Source of the DNA: Myxococcaceae bacterium
GTDB lineage: Bacteria > Myxococcota > UBA727 > JABDBI01
Direction: 5' to 3'
DNA: 64,000 nt
NCBI GenBank assembly: GCA_016000045.1
Contig: JAECQY010000002.1
Coordinates: 95,777 to 159,776 of the forward strand
Each line of letters begins with the position of its first letter. Position 1 is the first letter of the stretch. Below the pieces are notes generated by a model. It made no database searches and was not told the origin of the DNA. It saw nothing but the letters and a program-made list of their open reading frames with translations. Positions 49,263 to 57,309 of the stretch are shown piece by piece. The position numbers and the translations under genes are program-made.

Positions 49263-49780
49263 AGCGCACTCCGAATCACTGCCTTAAATCTTTCTAAGGA
49301 TTTAAAGTGCCTTGGCGAAGGATTCGCCAACAGCAAGTAGGTATGAGGGCGACGAGCAAGCTTTAAGTCTCCAAGTTCCTCAAATACCTCGAGCCCACGT
49401 TCTCCTGAAACGACTTTGAATTTACCAAGCCCCAAACCATAGCTGACTACGTTTTCCTGGAGTGGAAAGCCAAACCAAACCAGCCGCTCACCCGGACGAT
49501 ACACACTCGATCCCTCCAAATGCATGACCCGACCGTTGAGCGAGCCCCCTACTTGGTAAAGAGTCAAAATCTCCCCTTTTGATATCCCCTTTAAGCCTTC
49601 GTCAACCTGCAACTTCGTGAGCGTAATAATGCGCTTCTTGGCATCTTCACGCACTTCTTGCGAGAGCACTCGCACATCGGCAATCATTCCACTTCGGCGG
49701 CTCATGCTTGGAAGATCATCCAGCATGCCAACGGTTGCGAGCAACGGGTAACCTGAAAGAAAAAAGGACATCAACCGCAT
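49259..49780 (-). CDS. hypothetical protein co-transcribed with the metalloprotease
   Basis: 173-aa ORF with an ATGA overlap to the upstream protease gene and an N-terminal hydrophobic segment. Confidence 0.4.
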   Translation of the reverse strand: MRLMSFFLSGYPLLATVGMLDDLPSMSRRSGMIADVRVLSQEVREDAKKRIITLTKLQVDEGLKGISKGEILTLYQVGGSLNGRVMHLEGSSVYRPGERLVWFGFPLQENVVSYGLGLGKFKVVSGERGLEVFEELGDLKLARRPHTYLLLANPSPRHFKSLERFKAVIRSAL

Positions 49781-49828
49781 AATTATTTATACGATCAAAA
49801 GCACTCAAAATACTGTCAAGTCACTTAT

Positions 49829-50203
49829 TTATTTCAATAAACGCAGCCAATCTGGAAAGATTTCAACAATATCTTCTACAATATCGCGAGGCAAAACAGC
49901 ATGCGCCAATCCATTGTTTGACATAAAAGCGACCAAGCCCGCCTCTCCTTCGTTCAACAACTGAATCGAGTGTTCGTCCAGTGTCAACCAACTAATGGAT
50001 TGATCTGGCTTTTCAAAGAAAAACTTCTCGTTGCCGACGCCTTTATCAAAACGATTTCTTTGGACCCATACTCGAATTAATTCATATTGCTCCGATTTAT
50101 TGAGGCCTTTCAATTTATTGGGTTCTCGCTTTTTTTGAGATCGAACGATTTGTGACTCGGTCACCAGGCCCGCTTTTAAGAGCTGAGCTTTTAGATCAAA
50201 CAT
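49829..50203 (-). CDS. DUF2058-family protein
   Basis: 'MFDLKAQLLKAGLVTESQIV...' is the typical DUF2058 N-terminus. The start is an internal Met 12 bp after the serS stop. Confidence 0.55.
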   Translation of the reverse strand: MFDLKAQLLKAGLVTESQIVRSQKKREPNKLKGLNKSEQYELIRVWVQRNRFDKGVGNEKFFFEKPDQSISWLTLDEHSIQLLNEGEAGLVAFMSNNGLAHAVLPRDIVEDIVEIFPDWLRLLK

Positions 50204-51438
50204 GTTTGTCCTCCCATGTAAGAACGTAAAACTTCTGGAATCAGTACGGAGCCATCTTTCTGCTGATGATTCTCCAAGATTGCCACCAAGGTCCGACCCA
50301 GCGGCAGGCCCGAACCGTTCAGAGTCCACACCGATTGAATGTGACGTTCTGCGTTTCGATAACGAATTTGGGCTCGCCGTGCTTGAAAAGCACCGAACAC
50401 GCTGCACGAACTAATTTCACGATAAGTACTTTGCGCAGGCAGCCATACTTCGATATCGTAGGTCTTTTGTGCGCTAAAACCGGTATCTCCTGAACAAAGA
50501 AGCACGATTCGATGGGGCAATTCCAGTGCACTCAAAATAACACTGACTCGCGTCACCATCGCATCCAGTTCTTCTTCGCCCTGCTCGGGTTTACAAAATC
50601 GAACCATTTCTACTTTTTCAAACTGATGCAGTCGAATCAAGCCTCGCGTATCTCGACTAGCTGCTCCTGCTTCCGATCGAAAGCAAGCGGAATAGGCACA
50701 ATAGCGCAATGGAAGTTGAGACTCTTCTAAGATTTCATGAGCATGAAAATTGGTGACCGGAACTTCGGCAGTCGGAATTAAATGCAGCGCTTCTGAATCT
50801 GGAATCGGAACTTCAAACGAATCTTCACGGAACTTCGGAAATTGACCGGTTCCTCGCATCGCGGTTTCACGAACCAGATACGGAGGAGTCAGCTCAGTAT
50901 CGCCTCGGGCCACATGGAAATCGCACAAATATTGGATCAACGCTCGATTCAGTCGACTTGCAGCACCTTTTAAAAAAGCAAATCGCGAACCCGAAATCCT
51001 CGCCGCTCGCTCAAAATCAATCACGCCTAAGCGCTGACCGATCTCAACGTGATCTAAAACCGGAAAATCGAAATGAGGAGGCACTCCAACCGTTTGGACA
51101 ACTTGGTTATCGTGGGCGTCTTGGCCTTCGGGCACTTCGTCTTGAAGTGGGTTTGGAATGTGAAGCGCTAAGCATTCGATCTGTTCTTCTATTTCACGCA
51201 AAGACGCTTCCAATTGCTTGATACGCTGTCCCAAGAGCTTCAGTTCGTCTCGTCTCGACGGATCAAAATTCTTACTGGACGCGTTGCGCTCTTCTTGCAA
51301 TTTCTGAGAGCTTGCAATCAAAGCCTTGCGCTCTTTCACCAAGTTCAATAACTCAGAAAGGCCAGGGACTTGCCCACGGCGCAGCAAACACTTCTCAAAG
51401 GACTCCGGATCTTTCTCAAAAGCTTTCAAATCTATCAT
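50191..51438 (-). CDS. serS: seryl-tRNA synthetase
   Basis: 'MIDLKAFEKDPE' coiled-coil arm and class II motifs ('FRSEAGA','GLPLGRTLVAILENHQ'). Confidence 0.9.
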   Translation of the reverse strand: MIDLKAFEKDPESFEKCLLRRGQVPGLSELLNLVKERKALIASSQKLQEERNASSKNFDPSRRDELKLLGQRIKQLEASLREIEEQIECLALHIPNPLQDEVPEGQDAHDNQVVQTVGVPPHFDFPVLDHVEIGQRLGVIDFERAARISGSRFAFLKGAASRLNRALIQYLCDFHVARGDTELTPPYLVRETAMRGTGQFPKFREDSFEVPIPDSEALHLIPTAEVPVTNFHAHEILEESQLPLRYCAYSACFRSEAGAASRDTRGLIRLHQFEKVEMVRFCKPEQGEEELDAMVTRVSVILSALELPHRIVLLCSGDTGFSAQKTYDIEVWLPAQSTYREISSCSVFGAFQARRAQIRYRNAERHIQSVWTLNGSGLPLGRTLVAILENHQQKDGSVLIPEVLRSYMGGQTCLI

Positions 51439-51459
51439 AAGAAACCACAGGAAATCACA

Positions 51460-51816
51460 ATGTTTCTCTCCTTGCAACTCTACAAAATGCTTCACCTTGT
51501 CGGATTTTCATTGCTGACAGGAGGCACTCTGACCAGCCTGCTCATGAATCTTCGCCGAGAAAACCCATTTGTGGCGCAGCACTTAGTCGCTGCTCCCGGT
51601 CTGATGCTGATCTGGATCACCGGACTTGCACAGTCTTGGATCCGAGAATGGGTGAATTTTAAAGGCTCGGGCTACATGCATGCCAAGTTAACACTGGTGA
51701 TTTTTGCGACTTTATTCTTAGCGTTGGATATCAAAAGAAAAAAACCGCTTTGGGCTTTTTTAGGCTTTGTGATCCAAATTTTCATTTTGGGCTTGATTGT
51801 TTGGAAGCCTTTCTAA
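51460..51816 (+). CDS. small integral membrane protein
   Basis: About 118 aa, 4 predicted TM helices. The start is uncertain. Confidence 0.4.
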   Translation: MFLSLQLYKMLHLVGFSLLTGGTLTSLLMNLRRENPFVAQHLVAAPGLMLIWITGLAQSWIREWVNFKGSGYMHAKLTLVIFATLFLALDIKRKKPLWAFLGFVIQIFILGLIVWKPF

Positions 51817-51874
51817 AACAAGCCGAAAACGCCTGCCCAGCTCGCGCTTTGCACAGGCGCTTGTTTACTCGAAC

Positions 51875-52681
51875 TTAGAAATTCCAGGCCATCCCTAAGT
51901 TATAGTTCATGCCCCAGGTCTTAGAACTGTCCAAGTTAGCGATGCGTGGGCTTACTTGAACGTTGATATCACCAATCTCTGTGCGAAAATCAACGCCGGT
52001 GTTGATTTGCATACCGATGGCACTTTTCCAGATACCGGTATCGCTGCTGCTTTTGAAGGTTTGACCAAACTCGAAGGCAGGAAATACGTACGCGCTGATG
52101 AAATCAGCAAAATCTGCCCCCAAGACAAGACCTAAGTTCATCGGAATGAAACTTCTGGCCGCACCGGCGCTGCTAGAACCAAGCGCGGTAAACTCTGCGT
52201 CTGAAAACCCTGGAGCCCAATCTGTATAGCTATAACCCACTTGATATTGAATACCCGCGTAAAAGATATCGGTTAGCATTGCCGTGTAGCGCATCATGAC
52301 ATCGAGACCGAACATCCCACCATATTGCGCTGCAGGGGCCGTCAAATTCACATTTCGAAACATTCCGTAAGGGGAGAAAGTACCCGCATGAAAACCAAGC
52401 CCCAGATCCACTCCCATAAACACGTTGTAGATCAGGCCGGCGTTCAATTGTAGGTTGATGAGATCTGAACGCCCACCTGCCCCGCCATTCTGAAATAGCT
52501 GAGCACTGTTGAGATTGATGAAAAAGCGCATCGGCTCTTTTTCCATAGGAACTGGAATAAACTGGGTTGGAGTCGCAAACTGAGCCCAAGAAGGCAACGC
52601 GACCACACTCAGAGCCAGAGCAAGGATCCATTTTTTAATTTGTTCCACAGACTTTCTCTCCTTTGACATTTCAAATGCCAC
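51875..52681 (-). CDS. outer-membrane beta-barrel (porin-like) protein
   Basis: Signal peptide 'ILALALSVVALPSWAQF', alternating amphipathic strands, and a C-terminal '...GMAWNF' ending in Phe. Confidence 0.55.
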   Translation of the reverse strand: MAFEMSKERKSVEQIKKWILALALSVVALPSWAQFATPTQFIPVPMEKEPMRFFINLNSAQLFQNGGAGGRSDLINLQLNAGLIYNVFMGVDLGLGFHAGTFSPYGMFRNVNLTAPAAQYGGMFGLDVMMRYTAMLTDIFYAGIQYQVGYSYTDWAPGFSDAEFTALGSSSAGAARSFIPMNLGLVLGADFADFISAYVFPAFEFGQTFKSSSDTGIWKSAIGMQINTGVDFRTEIGDINVQVSPRIANLDSSKTWGMNYNLGMAWNF

Positions 52682-52751
52682 TATTTTGTTTTAGCTTAAA
52701 CTCCTTTTTAAAATCAATATTATCTTCTAATAAGCGATGATTCCAGCCATC

Positions 52752-53450
52752 TCAGACAGGCTCCTGATTTGCAAAATCGGGACCACCCTCTCCATCTGCT
52801 TCGTCGTCTGCTAATTGAAACATCAATCCAAAACGCGCTCCTTCTAAAGCCAAGGCATCTTCCGTGGATTTCGACGCCCCCACGGAAATTGCTCCCAACC
52901 GAAAAGCGCATTCGAACAGCTTGCCCGTTTTATTTTGGAGGGTGTTCAATGTTTTTTTGGAGCTCACGATATCATCCAACTGACCCAAAACCATTCCTCG
53001 GCTTCCAATCGCTTCCGCCAAAACAGCGCATTGACGAGCAGGCTCATAACGCGCGAGTGCAAGGTGCCCAAAAGCATCCGAAAGCAAAGCATCTCCTGTC
53101 AAAATAGCCACTGCATCGCCAAACTTCCGATGAATCGTTGGTTTGCCTCTGCGAAAATCGTCATTGTCCATGCAAGGCAGATCATCGTGCACAAGCGAAT
53201 ACGCATGAACGTATTCCACCGCCAAAGCAGCCGGAAGCGCTAAAGCAAAAAAGCGCGACGTGTTACAACAACGCTGGGCAGCTTCAAACACTTTCAGGGG
53301 CCTGATGCGCTTACCAGGTCCCAATAGAGCGTGCTCCATGCTCAAAACCATCAAACGCGCAGCCGGCGAACGATCTTTTTTTTCCAATTTTCGAATGCTG
53401 CGTTGCAGCACCGATTCGAATCGATCTTTTAGGTCCATTTGATCGAGCAT
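52752..53450 (-). CDS. polyprenyl (farnesyl/geranylgeranyl) diphosphate synthase
   Basis: FARM 'VHDDLPCMDNDDFRRG' and SARM 'FQLADDEAD' motifs. Confidence 0.8.
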   Translation of the reverse strand: MLDQMDLKDRFESVLQRSIRKLEKKDRSPAARLMVLSMEHALLGPGKRIRPLKVFEAAQRCCNTSRFFALALPAALAVEYVHAYSLVHDDLPCMDNDDFRRGKPTIHRKFGDAVAILTGDALLSDAFGHLALARYEPARQCAVLAEAIGSRGMVLGQLDDIVSSKKTLNTLQNKTGKLFECAFRLGAISVGASKSTEDALALEGARFGLMFQLADDEADGEGGPDFANQEPV

Positions 53451-53926
53451 CCAATGCTGTGTCGTTGCATCGTGGGAGGCGGAAAACCTGCAAGCACCTG
53501 ATCAATGACCGTGGACAACTCTTCTATTCGACCATGGTAGAATAAGCGCCTATCCTGGTCGTAGAGAAACAAATCGGGCGTGCAAACCGCTTGGAACGCT
53601 TTGGCCACTGCTTGATCTGAATCCAGCAAATAGGGAAATCCGTAGTTTTTTTCACGCCATCGCTTCAGCAATGCTTCGGGAGCATCGTCCGGATACCGAT
53701 TTGCATCGTTTGAGCAGATTCCAATGATTTGCAAACCATCTCGTTTTAGAGCGATTAATGAATCCTCTATCGCTTGCACGTATGGACAATGATTGCAGAT
53801 AAATGCTACCAGAAGGGCGGATTGATCGGAGAAATTCTTCCAATCAACCAGACGACCGTCGACCGATGGCAAACGAAAGGGAGGACAAGGTGTTCCCAAT
53901 TCGATGTCGTTTGAATTAAGCGCCAT
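53429..53926 (-). CDS. thioredoxin-fold thiol-disulfide oxidoreductase (AhpC/TSA-like)
   Basis: 165 aa with 'CNHCPYV' (CxxC) in a thioredoxin-like context. Confidence 0.7.
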   Translation of the reverse strand: MALNSNDIELGTPCPPFRLPSVDGRLVDWKNFSDQSALLVAFICNHCPYVQAIEDSLIALKRDGLQIIGICSNDANRYPDDAPEALLKRWREKNYGFPYLLDSDQAVAKAFQAVCTPDLFLYDQDRRLFYHGRIEELSTVIDQVLAGFPPPTMQRHSIGCSIKWT

Positions 53927-53950
53927 GAAAATGTTTTATAGGAGAAACAA

Positions 53951-54925
53951 ATGGATCGCAATCTCGCCTTAGAAGTTGTTCGAGTCACGGAAGGCCTCCG
54001 TTTCGTTTCTAAAGCTGACATCGCCGTTCAAGACGTCTTAACTCAGCATCGATCCACCGGAGAACCTGTTGATCGGCTTGTTGGACGCCTGACTCGCTCG
54101 CGTGGCCTGGGTTCTCGGGATCGAAGGCTGGTGGGAGATCGCGTCTTTGATGAACTCCGAAACAAGCCCTGGCCCACTTGGTTTACTCAACAAATCACGC
54201 CTGAGCTCGAGCAAGCACTTCGACAACGTGCCAAGCCTAATTTAGCAGTTGATCGGCGTCACATGACTCGAGAAGAAGCCTTGCAACTCCTCAATCAAGC
54301 GGGAATTATCGCAAAGCCTTCTCGAATTGCCGAGACAGGGTTAATCCTAGAAGAACGACTCGATCTCAATAAATTAGCAATGCGATTGCAACAAGCTTTG
54401 TGGTGGATGGACGAGGGAAGCCAGCGAATCGCGCTCGAAGTCCAGGCCGACCCCAGCGATCGTGTTCTTGATTTATGCGCGGGAGCAGGTGGAAAGACAA
54501 GAATGATACTCGCCACCGGAGCTTCGATCACCATGGTGGATTCTTCCCCACAACGTCTGGGAAAAATTAAAGGCGTTCAGCGTTTCGTCGCCGATGGCCG
54601 GACCTTGACGCTTCCCCTGTTTGATTGGATTTTATTGGATGCTCCCTGCTCAGGAACCGGAACACTTCGACGATCGCCAGACCTATTTGGGCGCCTTCAA
54701 GAAAACAGCATCCCCCGTTACGCGCTCTTGCAGAACGAACTAGCAAAGAACGCACACCGGCTTCTAAAACCAAATGGGAAACTTGTCTACGCAACCTGCT
54801 CGCTCTTAAGCGCTGAAAACCATAGGGATTTTGTAGGCTTTGATCGAATCGAGCACCGACAACTTCTGCCATCAGCCGATGGATGCGATGGCTTTTATTA
54901 CGCTATTTTCAAGAAACAACTTTAA
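53951..54925 (+). CDS. rRNA (cytosine-C5)-methyltransferase, RsmB/RsmF (NOL1/NOP2/Sun) family
   Basis: NusB-like N-terminus, SAM motif 'VLDLCAGAGGKT', and the catalytic 'LDAPCSGTGTLRR'. Confidence 0.8.
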   Translation: MDRNLALEVVRVTEGLRFVSKADIAVQDVLTQHRSTGEPVDRLVGRLTRSRGLGSRDRRLVGDRVFDELRNKPWPTWFTQQITPELEQALRQRAKPNLAVDRRHMTREEALQLLNQAGIIAKPSRIAETGLILEERLDLNKLAMRLQQALWWMDEGSQRIALEVQADPSDRVLDLCAGAGGKTRMILATGASITMVDSSPQRLGKIKGVQRFVADGRTLTLPLFDWILLDAPCSGTGTLRRSPDLFGRLQENSIPRYALLQNELAKNAHRLLKPNGKLVYATCSLLSAENHRDFVGFDRIEHRQLLPSADGCDGFYYAIFKKQL

Positions 54926-55163
54926 AAAGTTCGTCTCGAGGCAAAGTGCTGCCCTTGCTCGCTAGAGTGTTTTTGCGTTTACGGCCTGCCATCTTTTTTT
55001 TGCGGTCACGAATGTTCCAAGTTTGTTTTGTAGGTGATGCCATAAGTTCGTCCTATATCATAGACCACGATTTATGCTAGGGATGCGAGAATGAAAATAC
55101 GTGAATGCCAAGTACCAGGCGTTGCGATCGCTCAAAACCCAGCTGAGATTGGAGTAATTTACC

Positions 55164-55610
55164 GTGATTATTGCGGAAAATCGGCGCGCGAAGTTTGAAT
55201 ACGCCATTTTTGAAACCCTTGAATGCGGAATTGTTTTGCTTGGAACGGAAGTCAAGTCGCTTCGAGACCGACATGTCAATTTCGCGGACTCTTATGCTCT
55301 TCTTAAAAACCAAGAAGTCTTTTTGATCGGACTTAAAATCGAGCCTTACCAATATGGCACCCACGTCAATCATGAAACCGATCGAACTCGAAAGCTTCTT
55401 CTCAATCGATCAGAAATTGAAAAATTAGCAAAAGAAACGGATCGAAAGGGCCGAACACTCGTTCCTCTCAAGCTTTATTTCAAAGAGGGAAAAGCGAAAG
55501 TCTTAGTCGGTGTAGCAGAAGGCAAAACAAAGTCTGATAAACGCGATACCATCCAACAACGAGAAGGAGACCGTGAGATTGCCCGAGTCATGCGTCGAGG
55601 CCAACGTTAA
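55164..55610 (+). CDS. smpB: SsrA-binding protein SmpB
   Basis: 'IIAENRRAKFEYAIFETLECGIVLLGTEVKSLR' is the canonical SmpB N-terminus. Confidence 0.9.
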   Translation: MIIAENRRAKFEYAIFETLECGIVLLGTEVKSLRDRHVNFADSYALLKNQEVFLIGLKIEPYQYGTHVNHETDRTRKLLLNRSEIEKLAKETDRKGRTLVPLKLYFKEGKAKVLVGVAEGKTKSDKRDTIQQREGDREIARVMRRGQR

Positions 55611-55635
55611 GCTCAAAGCTTCCTTATTGACAAAC

Positions 55636-57309
55636 ATGAAAGCCTTTTCAATCCTCATTCTTATGTATTGGATGAAATTTACTTTTATCTTTTTGCTCGT
55701 TTTACCAACCGATTTAGCAATTTCTGCGCGAACTTTCGGCATTATTTCACGAACCCGCTATCAGATTCTCTCCTGTTCAGGAGCCGGGAACAATTGCTTT
55801 TTCCATGCACTCAGGCAAGCGGGAATCGATATCCAGCGCCAAGATGTCATCCATTTTTTAACCCGAAATCGAGAACACCCCACCATACAAACCGCAGTCC
55901 ACCGAGTAGCGGCCCAAGAACTTCTGACATTTTCCGGAGAACTCGAAGCACCCATCCAAGAGTTTCGGGCTTATCTCGAGCAACATCCTTCCGAAGCCAT
56001 GGCTAACCTTGGTTCCAACGAAGATCTTTATTCGTGGTTTGTCGAACATCTTCAAAATGGAAATCCCATGCCGTTCGAGCGAGATTGGCAAGAGCTGCCA
56101 GGTCCTGATTTTTTTGAACTTCTTGGGCAAGCATTTGACTTCGATGTCCAGATTCTGTCTCGTTCCCAGCAGATTCCAAGCCATTACGAAGTCATTCGTC
56201 AATTTCAAACTCCGACTTCAACCCGCAGACGTCACGTTGAATTGCTTTTTCAAGCTGGCGATATAGGTCATTTTGAACTGCTCGTTGATCCAAATGCAGG
56301 AAGCCCGATTCCAGCAACCGTTCAAGATTATTTTCACAATATTATCACGCCCTATACATCGGGCGCTCTTTATACAAATGCTAGCCTTCGGGCAAGCGGA
56401 AATTTTGGACAAATCTTCTATGTCAAAAATCGAGATCGAAGCTACGCTGCGAAATGGGTTATTGGCCAGAATTCGGATTCATTTCGAGCCGAACAAGAAG
56501 CCTTGCGAAGACTGCATTCTCCCTTTTGCAACGGTCTGATTGAACTCTTTGAGAGTTTATACGATGGGAATTACCTACTCCTGCTCGAGTGGGTGGGAGG
56601 AGGAAGTCTCCGCGAAGCCATTAAAACTCAAGAGTTCGAAGACTATCAAGTCGTTGCGATTGCGACTCAACTACTCCTGGCCTTGAAACATATTCATGAT
56701 CAAGGAGTGATCCACTGCGATATAAAACCCCAAAATATTTTGCTGAACCCAGGCGGAAATTATGCGCAAATCTGCGATTTCGGGCTCGCTGAAATCGATT
56801 CAAAGCTCCACAAGCAGGGCGTTTTAAAAGGAAGCCCGAACTACATGGCTCCAGAGGTGATTCAAAACGGAATGATAACTCCCCAAGCGGACATCTGGGG
56901 GCTCGGGGTAACACTCTATCGGCTCTCTTTTAAGCGGCATCCCTATCCGAGTAACACTTTCATGGAGACGAGGGAAAACGTCTGGCAGCCCATCGCATTT
57001 CCAAGATCCCAGCGCTTAACCCCCGTGTTAGAACGCATGTTTGAGACAGACTATCAAAGACGCCCAAGTGCAGAAGATCTCTTGAATGAGCGGCTCATTC
57101 AAGTCTTTTTGACCATGCTTGCTCACGTTGATCCAAGAGTTCCAAGCGAACATCGAGCATCTTACCGCGATCAAATACGGTTGATCGATTGGTCGCAGCC
57201 TATCTCTCAATCCCATCAAAATCCACCGTTTGTGATCGCCGTTAATTACCTTAATGGTTCGTTTACCCTCCTCGTATCTTGGAAAAACTGGACTGCGATA
57301 ACCGAATGA
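55636..57309 (+). CDS. secreted/membrane-anchored OTU-like cysteine protease domain fused to a Hanks-type Ser/Thr protein kinase
   Basis: N-terminal hydrophobic leader, 'SGAGNNCFFHALRQAG' (OTU Cys motif), a candidate His motif 'IGHFELLV', then the kinase subdomains 'YAAKWV','HCDIKPQNILL','DFGLA','GSPNYMAPE','DIWGLGVTLY'. Confidence 0.6.
   Translation: MKAFSILILMYWMKFTFIFLLVLPTDLAISARTFGIISRTRYQILSCSGAGNNCFFHALRQAGIDIQRQDVIHFLTRNREHPTIQTAVHRVAAQELLTFSGELEAPIQEFRAYLEQHPSEAMANLGSNEDLYSWFVEHLQNGNPMPFERDWQELPGPDFFELLGQAFDFDVQILSRSQQIPSHYEVIRQFQTPTSTRRRHVELLFQAGDIGHFELLVDPNAGSPIPATVQDYFHNIITPYTSGALYTNASLRASGNFGQIFYVKNRDRSYAAKWVIGQNSDSFRAEQEALRRLHSPFCNGLIELFESLYDGNYLLLLEWVGGGSLREAIKTQEFEDYQVVAIATQLLLALKHIHDQGVIHCDIKPQNILLNPGGNYAQICDFGLAEIDSKLHKQGVLKGSPNYMAPEVIQNGMITPQADIWGLGVTLYRLSFKRHPYPSNTFMETRENVWQPIAFPRSQRLTPVLERMFETDYQRRPSAEDLLNERLIQVFLTMLAHVDPRVPSEHRASYRDQIRLIDWSQPISQSHQNPPFVIAVNYLNGSFTLLVSWKNWTAITE

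Noticed and set aside
54926-55163. Searched next to smpB for an ssrA (tmRNA) gene
   Set aside because: No tRNA-Ala-like acceptor/T-arm ending in CCA, and no GGGG...ACCA framing, is visible in the 240 bp upstream of smpB. tmRNA is probably elsewhere.
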